Positions 1 through 9,300 of a DNA stretch of 24,000 nucleotides are shown piece after piece (within the stretch, counting starts at the first letter, position 1; every line of letters begins with the position of its first letter). The translations under genes were made by a program, and so were the position numbers. The stretch is from contig NZ_AFPK01000039.1 of NCBI RefSeq assembly GCF_000220525.1, positions 5,059-29,058 of the forward strand, in the 5' to 3' direction. The notes below the pieces were generated by a model. It was not told the origin of the DNA, did no database searches, and worked only from the letters and a program-made list of their open reading frames with translations. This stretch comes from Ochrovirga pacifica. Its GTDB lineage: Bacteria; Bacteroidota; Bacteroidia; Flavobacteriales; Flavobacteriaceae.

Positions 1-3000
1 ACTTTATGTTTTGAAACACAAAGCTTTTTCCTTTCAATGCTACATCAGTTGTACCTGTAAAATTGTAATCTATGTTTAAGTAGGGGAATTTTAACCCTGC
101 ATTTTTTAGCTGAATTTTACCGTAAGAATTAAAATCATCCAACGTTCCTTTAACTTTAAAATTTCCTTCTGCTTCTCCTCTAATACTAGATAAGACATTT
201 CTACCCAAAGGACTTAGTGAATTTAACTTAAGCTCGTTTAGCATTACATCTAATTCTATTTTAGATTTGGCAAAATTGTCTTTGTTTACATCTACAACTC
301 CTTTTGCATTGATGTTTTGCTGATTTTTTTCAAAAATTTTAAAATCTACGTTGTAACTTAAATCCTTTTGATTGGGTTTTAGACTTGCTGCTAGGTTTCC
401 ATAATCAACACCATTGATTTTAAAATTGTTTACATACAAATCTCCATTAGGTTTTAACAGTCTATTTCTTTCATTAATCAACACCCGTCCACTTGCAACA
501 CCTTCAATTTTTAGGCTATCTACTATGGGTAAAATTTCTTGTAAATTGATGTTTTTTAACAATAATCTTAGATTCTTAGACTTATCTTTTTTAATACTTC
601 CATCAAATTCAAAAGCCTGATAATCGTTCACAAAAGAAACTCCATAAAAATACCATTCTCCTGTTTTGTAATTGTAATACAGCTTATTATCTGCTTCTTG
701 TTGGTTTACCCAAATGGAATTTAAATATTTTAAATATACATTATCAATTCCCATAAAAATAGCATCTTCGGCAGCTGTTACATAAAAAACAGCTCTATTT
801 TCAATTTTATCAGAATTAAAATTAGAACGTACAAAAAGGGTATCGTTTACTTTTTTTCCCAATAGGGATAAGTTTTGGTACAACTGTTTTTTAAATTTAA
901 ATTTTTGAACAGAAATGTTTGAGTTGATCCATTGATTGGAATTATCTAACACCACATTTAAGCTATCCACCTCTATATTTTTTGAGGAAAAAGAGGCCAC
1001 ACTAGCATTAATCACTCCTTTATCTCCCTGAGCATCTAACACCCCAGATACCACCAAGTTGTCTTTTAATGTTACTTTATCTGTAAGAGATTTTATAAAT
1101 TTTGGATATACATCTAAATCAAAAGTAAGTGTTTGCTGTTTTATGTTTGATCGAATCTTGGAACCAGGAATAAACTTATACAAAGCGTTGGCAACCAACT
1201 TTTCAAAATCTGAAAACTGAAAATCTCCCTTTACTCCTAAACTCAACAAGTCTTTTGATGTTAACTGAATTTCTTTTTCTTTGGGTTTAGACAGTAAAGA
1301 TAAATCTACTTCGTTTAACTTTAAAGATTCCGAAGGGGTATCTATTCTTAAATTCTTAATTTCTCCCAAAGAAATCAAACTATCTTTATAATGTTCTACT
1401 TTCAACTGTCCGTTGGCAACTATATTTTTTTGATAATTGATGTAATCTGGAAACAACTCTGACAGTTTTGCTTTCTGAATTTGAAATTCTAAGTTGTACT
1501 GTTTTTTTTGCTTTTGCAAATAATAGTCTAAAGATGCATTTAAATTTAGTAAAGAGTCTCTTATTTGAAAACTAGACTGTATATGATGATTGACAAAGTG
1601 AACTTTTAGATTGGAGTTGTGAATCTTGTTTTTCTTTAAAAAAATTGACTTTAGTTTTAAATCTGTTTTTAAATCCACATTGTTTTTTTCGTACACTCCA
1701 GACAACTTTCCATTAAAGGAAACCCTCTTTAATTCTTTGATAAAATCATTTTCTAACACAAAGCCCTGTAGAATTTTAAGATCTATTTTTTTTTGAGTTT
1801 TGTTTAAATCTTTTACAAAACCATCTACAGTTACTTTTCCTAAATCGGTTACGGTTTCACCATTTACCACTAATTTACTTTTCGACACAAAAAAATCTCC
1901 AGAGTAGTTCCATTGTTCAATTCCTAAAATATCTTTAGGCAAACTGTTATGATACAAATTGGGGACAAAATCAGTTAACTTTTGGGTCAATACTTCTAAA
2001 CTAGCTCCCTTTCCTTGAAACCAAAAATCGTCTCTATTGTTAATGCTATTTTTTAGGGTAAAATCTCCAATTAAAAAGGTTGTATTGTCTTTATCAATAA
2101 GTTCTGTTTTGGTTAAATAAAGGTCGTTTAAAGGTCCATTGACTTCTGTTTTTAGCTGAAAAACATCTGTGCCTTCTATATAAGGATATACTTTATTAAT
2201 ATCTACCAAACTTACTTCGCTATCGTAAAAACTACCTTTTGCAATTACTTTTTCTACAAAATTAGCATATCCATTTGTGCCTGCACTAAATACCACATCG
2301 CCCAAAACAAAAGAATGATCTGTAATAATGTGTGTATGATCAAAACGCATTTCTTTTAGGGTATACACAAATTCTGTAGCCAGTTTTTTGTAATGAATTC
2401 CGTAAATATCCTTAAAATTAAGCGAGTCTGTATGAATGGTAACATTAGGGCCTTGAATCCATATTTTTTTCAAATCTCCACCAATATCGTAATAATCAAC
2501 CACCAATTTTTGATCTCTTGTATGGCTGTACCTTAACCTTTTTGTTGTTACATTTTTAAAACTTAATTCTAGAGGATTTTTTGATTTTTTATTAGATTTA
2601 AAACTTTTAGAAAATACAGTTAAATTGGTTTCTGGCTCATCTGGATATTTAAAATCGTTAAGCCAAACGTTTTGTACAATTACATTTTTAAACGATAATT
2701 TGTTGTGACTTATTTCTTCTAAATCCAACAAATTTCCTTTAAGATGTTCTGCATAAATTAACGTATCTTGATGATGATCCTGTATCAACACATTGTTAAT
2801 TTTAAACTTTCCAAAAGGATTTATTTTTAGCGAAGCTAATTGTATAGATACGTTGTACTGTTTGTTAATTACCTCTAAAGCTCTATTGGCAATAACCGAT
2901 TGTACTTTTCCAAACTGCAAAGAAATAGCCATCAACACCAATAAAATTAGTGTCGCTAGTAAAAATCGGACGAGTATTTTTATTATTGCTTTTATAAAGT

Positions 3001-3049
3001 CTAAATTTGCAGCTTTAAAATAGACAAATATACTACAATTATGCCTCAC
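1..3049 (-). CDS. TamB/AsmA-like translocation-and-assembly-module protein, N-terminal part (partial; continues beyond the left edge; start codon uncertain)
   Basis: The ORF track lists no complete minus-strand ORF anywhere in 1..3000, which is what one ORF running off the edge would produce. Hand translation of the minus strand from the ATG at 2932 gives an uninterrupted 'MAISLQFGKVQSVIANRALEVINKQYNVSIQLASLKINPFGKFKINNVLIQDHHQDTLIYAEHLKGNLL...'. I checked several hundred codons, not all of them. The in-frame sequence just upstream reads 'KAIIKILVRFLLATLILLVL', a hydrophobic signal-anchor typical of TamB/AsmA N-termini. The only in-frame canonical start upstream of that helix is the GTG at 3049..3047. 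The repetitive beta-rich sequence and the position divergent from tsaD fit flavobacterial TamB-domain proteins. The minimum-length alternative starts at 2932. Confidence 0.55.
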   Translation of the reverse strand, partial: MRHNCSIFVYFKAANLDFIKAIIKILVRFLLATLILLVLMAISLQFGKVQSVIANRALEVINKQYNVSIQLASLKINPFGKFKINNVLIQDHHQDTLIYAEHLKGNLLDLEEISHNKLSFKNVIVQNVWLNDFKYPDEPETNLTVFSKSFKSNKKSKNPLELSFKNVTTKRLRYSHTRDQKLVVDYYDIGGDLKKIWIQGPNVTIHTDSLNFKDIYGIHYKKLATEFVYTLKEMRFDHTHIITDHSFVLGDVVFSAGTNGYANFVEKVIAKGSFYDSEVSLVDINKVYPYIEGTDVFQLKTEVNGPLNDLYLTKTELIDKDNTTFLIGDFTLKNSINNRDDFWFQGKGASLEVLTQKLTDFVPNLYHNSLPKDILGIEQWNYSGDFFVSKSKLVVNGETVTDLGKVTVDGFVKDLNKTQKKIDLKILQGFVLENDFIKELKRVSFNGKLSGVYEKNNVDLKTDLKLKSIFLKKNKIHNSNLKVHFVNHHIQSSFQIRDSLLNLNASLDYYLQKQKKQYNLEFQIQKAKLSELFPDYINYQKNIVANGQLKVEHYKDSLISLGEIKNLRIDTPSESLKLNEVDLSLLSKPKEKEIQLTSKDLLSLGVKGDFQFSDFEKLVANALYKFIPGSKIRSNIKQQTLTFDLDVYPKFIKSLTDKVTLKDNLVVSGVLDAQGDKGVINASVASFSSKNIEVDSLNVVLDNSNQWINSNISVQKFKFKKQLYQNLSLLGKKVNDTLFVRSNFNSDKIENRAVFYVTAAEDAIFMGIDNVYLKYLNSIWVNQQEADNKLYYNYKTGEWYFYGVSFVNDYQAFEFDGSIKKDKSKNLRLLLKNINLQEILPIVDSLKIEGVASGRVLINERNRLLKPNGDLYVNNFKINGVDYGNLAASLKPNQKDLSYNVDFKIFEKNQQNINAKGVVDVNKDNFAKSKIELDVMLNELKLNSLSPLGRNVLSSIRGEAEGNFKVKGTLDDFNSYGKIQLKNAGLKFPYLNIDYNFTGTTDVALKGKSFVFQNIK
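3002..3009 (+). promoter_or_regulatory. Candidate Bacteroidetes-type -7 promoter box (TAAATTTG) for tsaD
   Basis: This is an exact match to the Bacteroidetes primary-sigma -7 consensus TAnnTTTG, 32 nt upstream of the tsaD ATG. No well-spaced -33 TTG was seen. The motif is short and is expected by chance many times in AT-rich DNA, so only its position supports the call. Confidence 0.35.
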
Positions 3050-4063
3050 AACACCTACATCCTTGCTATAGAATCCTCTTGTGACGACACCAGTGCAGCT
3101 GTAATTTGTAACGAAAAAATACTATCAAATATTGTTGCCAATCAAGAAATTCACTCACAATACGGTGGTGTTGTTCCAGAATTGGCCTCAAGAGCACATC
3201 AACAAAATATTGTTCCTGTGGTACAAGTTGCTTTGGAGAAAGCAGCCATAAAAAAAGAACAGTTAAGCGCTATTGCATTTACACAAGGCCCTGGTTTAAT
3301 GGGGTCTTTATTAGTTGGGGCTTCTTTTGCAAAGTCTATGGCTTTGGCCTTAAATATTCCTTTGCTAGCCATTAATCATATGCAGGCACATATTTTAGCT
3401 CATTTTATTGATGATGCCAACGATCACAAACCTAACTTTCCTTTTTTGTGTTTAACCATCAGTGGAGGACATACGCAAATAGTAAAAGTAAATGATTATT
3501 TTTCTATGGAAGTTTTAGGAGAAACTATAGACGATGCCGTAGGTGAAGCTTATGACAAAACAGCAAAAATTTTGGGATTGCCATACCCAGGTGGTCCATT
3601 GGTAGATACTTATGCTCAAAAAGGAAAAGCCAGGTTTCAGTTTTCTAAACCGAAAGTAAAAGAACACCACTTTAGTTTTAGCGGATTAAAAACAGCCATC
3701 CTATATTTTATACAAAAAGAAGTAAAAGAAAACCCCAATTTTATAGCCGAAAACCTAGAGGATATTTGTGCTAGTGTGCAACAAACCATTGCCGATATTT
3801 TAATGGATAAGATTAAAAAAGCTGTAAAAGCTACCAACATACAACGCATTGCTATTGCTGGGGGAGTATCTGCCAATTCCGAGATAAGAAAACGTTTGCA
3901 ACAAGCAAATAAACACTGGGGTTGGCAAACGTATATTCCTAAATTTGAATACACCACAGACAATGCTGCTATGATTGCAATTACAGCTTATCATAAATAC
4001 AAACAGCAATTATACAGCAACCAAGCTACGACTGCCAACCCAAGGTTAAAAGTGAACTCTTAA
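3041..4063 (+). CDS. tsaD: tRNA N6-adenosine threonylcarbamoyltransferase TsaD (Kae1/Qri7/YgjD family)
   Basis: This is a 340-aa ORF with an ATG start. It carries the hallmark N-terminus 'ILAIESSCDDTSAAV', the metal-site region 'INHMQAHILAHF', and the motifs 'ISGGHTQIV' and 'IAIAGGVSANSEIR'. Confidence 0.95.
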   Translation: MPHNTYILAIESSCDDTSAAVICNEKILSNIVANQEIHSQYGGVVPELASRAHQQNIVPVVQVALEKAAIKKEQLSAIAFTQGPGLMGSLLVGASFAKSMALALNIPLLAINHMQAHILAHFIDDANDHKPNFPFLCLTISGGHTQIVKVNDYFSMEVLGETIDDAVGEAYDKTAKILGLPYPGGPLVDTYAQKGKARFQFSKPKVKEHHFSFSGLKTAILYFIQKEVKENPNFIAENLEDICASVQQTIADILMDKIKKAVKATNIQRIAIAGGVSANSEIRKRLQQANKHWGWQTYIPKFEYTTDNAAMIAITAYHKYKQQLYSNQATTANPRLKVNS

Positions 4064-5130
4064 ATTTTATAAGTAATAGCATTGATATTCATCCCTGCTC
4101 CTACAGAAGCAAAAACAACAATATCATTTTTAGAAACAGTATGAGTGTCTAACTGATTGTTTAGCACCAAATCATACAAGATAGGTACAGTAGCTACAGA
4201 GTTGTTTCCTAGTTTTTGAATAGACATAGGCATTACATCTTCCTTTACAGGTTTTCTGTACAATCTATACAATCTTTTTACAATTGCCTCGTCCATTTTT
4301 TCATTGGCTTGGTGTAAAAATACTTTGGACACATCTTCTATTTCAATACCTCTTTTGTCCATTGCTGCTTTGATTGCTGCTGGTACATTGTTAAGTGCAA
4401 ATTCGTAAATTTTTCGCCCTAACATCTTAATGTAGTTTACTTCTTGATTTCTCTCTTTTTTGTAGCTAGGTCCAGAATACAAATACATGGCCTCATCAGT
4501 GGCATAGGTTTGCGATGCAGTACTTAAAACTCCACGCTCTTTTTCTTCTTTTACTAGTTCTAAAACGGTAGCTCCAGCTCCGTCAGAAAAAATCATACTA
4601 TCTCTATCGTGCGGGTCTACTACCCTAGACAATGTATCGGCTCCTATTACCAAAGCTTTTTTAGCCTCTCCTGCTTTGATTGCTTGCTTGGCCTGAATCA
4701 TTCCTTGTACCCATCCTGGGCATCCAAATAGCAGATCGTAAGCAACACAATTAGGATTGTTAATTTTTAATTTATTCTTTACCCTAGAGGCAATGCTTGG
4801 TAACATATCTCCTTGAATACTTCCTTTTTTAACATCACCAAAATTATGAGCTACAATAATTAAATCTAATTCTTCCTTATCTACATTTGCATTGGCAATA
4901 GCTTTTTCTGAAGCCATTGCTGCCAAATCCGAAGTATTTATGTGATCTTCTGCATACCTACGTTCTTCTATTCCGGTAATTGCCTGAAATTTTTCTATAA
5001 TTTCTTCATTTTCTTTCTCGAACAAACTTCCATCTTCATTATAGAAAACTTGTTCGCCAAAATCTTTATTTTTAATCACTTTTTCTGGAATTGCACTTCC
5101 TGTTCCTGTAATTAGAATGTTTTTGTACAT
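4060..5130 (-). CDS. 3-oxoacyl-ACP synthase III family protein (FabH-like KAS III)
   Basis: This is a 356-aa ORF with an ATG start. A thiolase-fold Cys-His-Asn triad is recognisable in 'FGCPGWVQG' (Cys), 'FLHQANEKM' (His) and 'LGNNSVATVP' (Asn). The CPGW-type active-site context differs from the canonical FabH context, so substrate and role are not assigned. Confidence 0.85.
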   Translation of the reverse strand: MYKNILITGTGSAIPEKVIKNKDFGEQVFYNEDGSLFEKENEEIIEKFQAITGIEERRYAEDHINTSDLAAMASEKAIANANVDKEELDLIIVAHNFGDVKKGSIQGDMLPSIASRVKNKLKINNPNCVAYDLLFGCPGWVQGMIQAKQAIKAGEAKKALVIGADTLSRVVDPHDRDSMIFSDGAGATVLELVKEEKERGVLSTASQTYATDEAMYLYSGPSYKKERNQEVNYIKMLGRKIYEFALNNVPAAIKAAMDKRGIEIEDVSKVFLHQANEKMDEAIVKRLYRLYRKPVKEDVMPMSIQKLGNNSVATVPILYDLVLNNQLDTHTVSKNDIVVFASVGAGMNINAITYKI

Positions 5131-5142
5131 AGAATTGTTTAT

Positions 5143-5170
5143 AAAAAAAACGGTGTCTAAAAAAACACCG
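5143..5170 (-). terminator. Rho-independent terminator downstream of porV
   Basis: On the minus strand the stem is CGGTGT (5170..5165), followed by an 8-nt loop and ACACCG (5156..5151), then eight T residues (5150..5143). It lies 24 nt after the porV stop codon. Confidence 0.6.
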
Positions 5171-5173
5171 CCT

Positions 5174-5181
5174 CAAATGTA
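5174..5181 (-). promoter_or_regulatory. Candidate -7 promoter box (TACATTTG on the minus strand) for the KAS III gene
   Basis: The minus strand reads TACATTTG, an exact match to TAnnTTTG, 43 nt upstream of the KAS III ATG and immediately upstream of the porV terminator hairpin. No convincing -33 element was seen. The motif is short and chance-prone. Confidence 0.3.
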
Positions 5182-5193
5182 GTTATATTTCTA

Positions 5194-6291
5194 TTAAAAC
5201 TCGTAAGAGTCTCCAAAATCAAATGTAAAAGAAATTCTTAAGGTTCTATCCAAAGGATTATTTACGGATGCATTACTTAACAAGTAAGATAAATCAACTT
5301 TGAATGCACTGGCTTTGAATCCTGCTCCAAAAGTTAAAAAGTTTCTATTTCCTTTGTTTTCATTTTCTTTAAAATAACCTGCTCTAAAAGCAAAAGCATT
5401 GTTATATAAATATTCTGCACCAAAACCTAAAGTTACTTCTTGTAATTCTTCACTAAACCCTTCTTCTGCATCTCCAAAAGATTTTAAAGCTCCTGAAATA
5501 AAGTTTTCATCTTCACCTCCTACAGAAGGCACTAATAATTTTGTAAACTCTAAGGTTAGTCCTATTTGGTTATAATCGTCAAAAATAAAGTCAAAACCTC
5601 CTCCTAATTTTAAGTTGGTTGGCAAGAACTCTTCTCTTGATACAACTTCTACTTTAGGTCCTAAATTACTAATACTAAACCCTCCTCTAACAACACCATT
5701 AAACTGGTCAAAAGCCATTTCGTTAGATTGGTAATAACCTGAAATGTCTACTGCAAAACCATTGGTAGGTTCTATATCGGTAATGTTTGTTCCTGTAATA
5801 CTTAAATCTGCTCTGGTATATCTTAAGGCAACAGACATAGAGTAATTTTCACTAAGTTTTAATGCATAAGCTGCATCTATTGCAAATTCGTATGGTTGAG
5901 CGTCAGAAGTGCTTTCAGATCCTTCTTGTGTAACTTCTATAGTCCCATAATCAAAATACTTAATCCCCCCTCCAAAAGCACTACGCTCATCAATTCTTTG
6001 TTGATAAGTTAGGTTTGCTATATAAATATCGTCTGTTAATTGCCTTAACCAAGGTGTGTAGTTTAATGCCAAACTTCCCTCACTTTTATGAAATACCATT
6101 TTTGAAGCATTGTGAAAAATTGAGTTCCCGTCTGCTGATGTTGCAACTCCTACATCACCCATGGCAGCTGCTCTTGCATCTGTTACAATATTTAAAAAGG
6201 GAGCAACCGTTGTGATTGAATTATTTTCTTGAGCATGTAACTGAACCCCTAAAAAGGTTAACAGTAAAAATGACTTTACTTTAAATCTCAT
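5194..6291 (-). CDS. porV: Type IX secretion system outer-membrane shuttle/channel protein PorV (LptO)
   Basis: This is a 365-aa ORF with a signal peptide ending 'LHAQ'. It has the conserved PorV N-terminal block 'ITTVAPFLNIVTDARAAAMGDVGVATSADGNSIFHNASK' and a beta-barrel-like C-terminus ending in F. It sits directly downstream of porU with a 25-bp gap, as in Flavobacterium johnsoniae. Confidence 0.85.
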   Translation of the reverse strand: MRFKVKSFLLLTFLGVQLHAQENNSITTVAPFLNIVTDARAAAMGDVGVATSADGNSIFHNASKMVFHKSEGSLALNYTPWLRQLTDDIYIANLTYQQRIDERSAFGGGIKYFDYGTIEVTQEGSESTSDAQPYEFAIDAAYALKLSENYSMSVALRYTRADLSITGTNITDIEPTNGFAVDISGYYQSNEMAFDQFNGVVRGGFSISNLGPKVEVVSREEFLPTNLKLGGGFDFIFDDYNQIGLTLEFTKLLVPSVGGEDENFISGALKSFGDAEEGFSEELQEVTLGFGAEYLYNNAFAFRAGYFKENENKGNRNFLTFGAGFKASAFKVDLSYLLSNASVNNPLDRTLRISFTFDFGDSYEF

Positions 6292-6316
6292 AGTTTTTTA
6301 TAAATTTCTTTAAGTA

Positions 6317-9300
6317 TTACAATAATACTAATTTTTGTATTTTTTCATCGGATTGTCCCGAAATAATTTCTTTTACTTTTATTCTGTACAAATATACCCC
6401 TTTCCCTAGTTTGTTTCCGTAGTCGTCTTTTCCATCCCAAGTAGCAGCTTTTATAATTGGATTGGTATTGTTGTCTGTTGCTCGGATGGTTTTTATTAAT
6501 TTACCCGAAACGGTATAAACCTGAACCGTAATTTCTAAAGGTTCATTTTTTCTGTTGTTTTCAAACCAAAATTCTGTGTGATTGATAAATGGATTAGGGT
6601 AGTTTAGTACTCTATCTATTTTAAATTTTAAATCGGACTGAACGTAAAAGTCCAACGTTTGTGTAGCCGAATTGTTATGTGAATCCCAAACTTTTAGTGT
6701 TAATGTATGGTCTCCTTCTTCTAGCTCTGGCATTTGGTAAGTTACAATTCCCTTGGTAAAATCATCTTTTTCTGTAGTGTAATATTCATTTAAAGTGATG
6801 GGGTTGGTCAACTCATCATCTATAATCAGAGAAATACTATGGCCTAAAGAATTAAGCGAAGTATTGATTCCGCTTTCATCAGATAATTTAGCCAATAAAA
6901 TTGGAGTAGAACTGGTATTTGCTCCATTAACAAAAGACTCATCATCCAAAAACAAGTTAATTAATGGTGCTGTATTGTCTTCTTTTGCATCAGGATCAAC
7001 TCCTCCTACTTTGTAAGAAAAATCGCTTCCTATTTTATCGTTGTTTTTAGAGGATGCATAAAAGCTAAATTTAGCATTTTCGGGAATAGAACTTACATCT
7101 TTAGGCAACATCATATCAAAAGAAAATTGTCCGTTATTGATGGTTGCACTCCCTACAAATACTTTGTTTTCTAACGATTTAAAGGCTAAAATATCATTTT
7201 CGTTTACAGAACCTCCACTATTCCTTACTTCATTTAACATGGTTTTTCTTTCTATTTCCTTATCGTACAAAACTACCGAAAGGTTTCCGTTAAAATCTGA
7301 TAATGTAGGTCTGCTGTAAACTCCATTTACCAACACACTATCTTTTTGAACAACAGCCCCTTCTACTCTAATTTTAGACAATCCATTTAGCTCCGTTATA
7401 TTCACCAAAGTCTCTTTTTCTGCTTCCTCATCTATCACATATTTTTTAATGGCTTGTATTTTTATTCCTTGTTCTGGAATGCTAATAGGCATAGCAGGAT
7501 CTCCTAAAAAAAACACAAATTGCTCACCATCTATAATCAAATCATTTTTAGCATCTTTAAGTGCTTCTGCAGCCGTTCTTTTCTTACCATCAAAACTATA
7601 CAAATAGTCTGTTAAGCTACTATTTACACTGTTTCCTGCAGATATATATATTTGTCGGGTTGTGGTAATCATTGCTACTGCCCCTCCATAATTACTTTCC
7701 ATCAACTCTTCTCCAGCAGAAAGAAATGTTGGATCATCAAATCTTGAAAAATCACACGTTACAGTTATAAACAAAGGAAGGTTGTTTAAGTTTCTATAGC
7801 TACGAATTTTTGATATGTCTAAAAAATTTTCTTCTGCTAATGTCGATGTGTTTCCGTGTCCAAAGTAATTAATTACTACAGAACCTATATTAAAAGCCTC
7901 GTCTAAACGTTTTACTATTTGAGGGTATTGCCCCCCACCTGCACTCAATTCTTCTTCAAAAGCATCGGCATATAATTTTGTAATGTTTATATTTTTATTG
8001 AGACTTTCTGTTTTTTTAGCTGAATTTTCTAAGTAGTTTGTCAAAAGCTGATGTTCTCCTTCTTGCCCATCATCTGCTAACAAAGTAACCTTACTTCGCC
8101 ATGCTCCGAAGGAATTGGTAGAATAATAATTAAGAAGTTTATCTACATACTGTTTTGCTTTTATAGAGGTTCCTACTGGAATTCTACCAGTTGTAATCTC
8201 CATTTTCCCAGAAATAGATAGCTCATCATTATCAATCATATCATCAGTAGCATCTAATAGAGCATAATAATCATCAGAGTTGTAAGATGAAATTAAGTTA
8301 GAACTTACATTAGACATGTATGTTGGTACATTATTTTTGTTGCTATAGGTAATCCCCCTATAATCAAAAGTAGCATCACCAAACAGGCAAACATACTTTA
8401 ATTTTTTTGAGGAAGTACTTGCATTATCGTATACATACTTTAGATAATCTCTAATTGCTGTTACATCTGCGATTCCCGAACCAAACTCATTGTATACTTT
8501 TTGTAGATTTACCACTTTTACATTTATTGGGTTTCCATCAACCTGGGTATTTTCTCGGTGATAATTGGCCAATCTTTCTGCTTGAGCACTAAAAACAGGG
8601 TGGGTTAATATGATATACTGAATATCTGTTTCTGCGTGTAAGTTTTGATTTTCCACAACAGTTTCTGCTCCTATATTAATAGGAAGATAAGCATCTTCTA
8701 AACGAACTACCTGGTATTGATTTAACTCTCCATCGGTTGCTTCTTTAAACGTAAACTGCGTATCAGAATTGTTTAAATCTAACATGTTTTTTACGTTATA
8801 GGAATCAGTCACATCCCAAACAAAATCTACTTGATGGGCATTGTTTATTTTATATTCTAATATACTTCCATTGCTTGCGGATAAAAAATTAACAAAATCA
8901 AACTGGTTCCCATTGGCAACTAGTAACCTATCTACAATTACTTTTATATAATCTAACCTTCCTTTAGCTGATAAATCTCCGTTATTATTCCACAAAACAT
9001 CAATAAAAAATTGATGGGGTGCTGTTGGTAAAAAAGTTTGTACTCTTAAAGACTCTCTATATTTAATGTCTTTAGAAGTGGTTCCCAAAGAAATTGTAAA
9101 CAAATCGCTTCCTGCAGCAGTTTCTGCCTCTCTATATGCAACGGTACAATCCGTATTTACAGAAGAACTTGAACTAAAATTCACACTTACTTGGGCTGGG
9201 GTGCTTAGATCAATATCACCTACATCAAAAGCAAAAGTTTGTAAGTTATTAACAGAAAAATCTTCGCCATACCATTTTCTTCCTGTTTTTACATAATTGT

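Noticed and set aside
414-3023. Plus-strand ORFs 414..620 and 2793..3023 in the left 3 kb.
   Set aside because: They are antisense to the long open minus-strand TamB-like frame. Their translations are Leu/Phe/Ile/Asn-rich, as expected from AT-rich antisense sequence.
3637-4009. Minus-strand ORFs of 108 aa and 69 aa antisense to tsaD.
   Set aside because: They are embedded in a very confidently assigned tsaD coding region. Their sequences are hydrophobic or Cys-rich and look like nonsense, and there is no independent start context.
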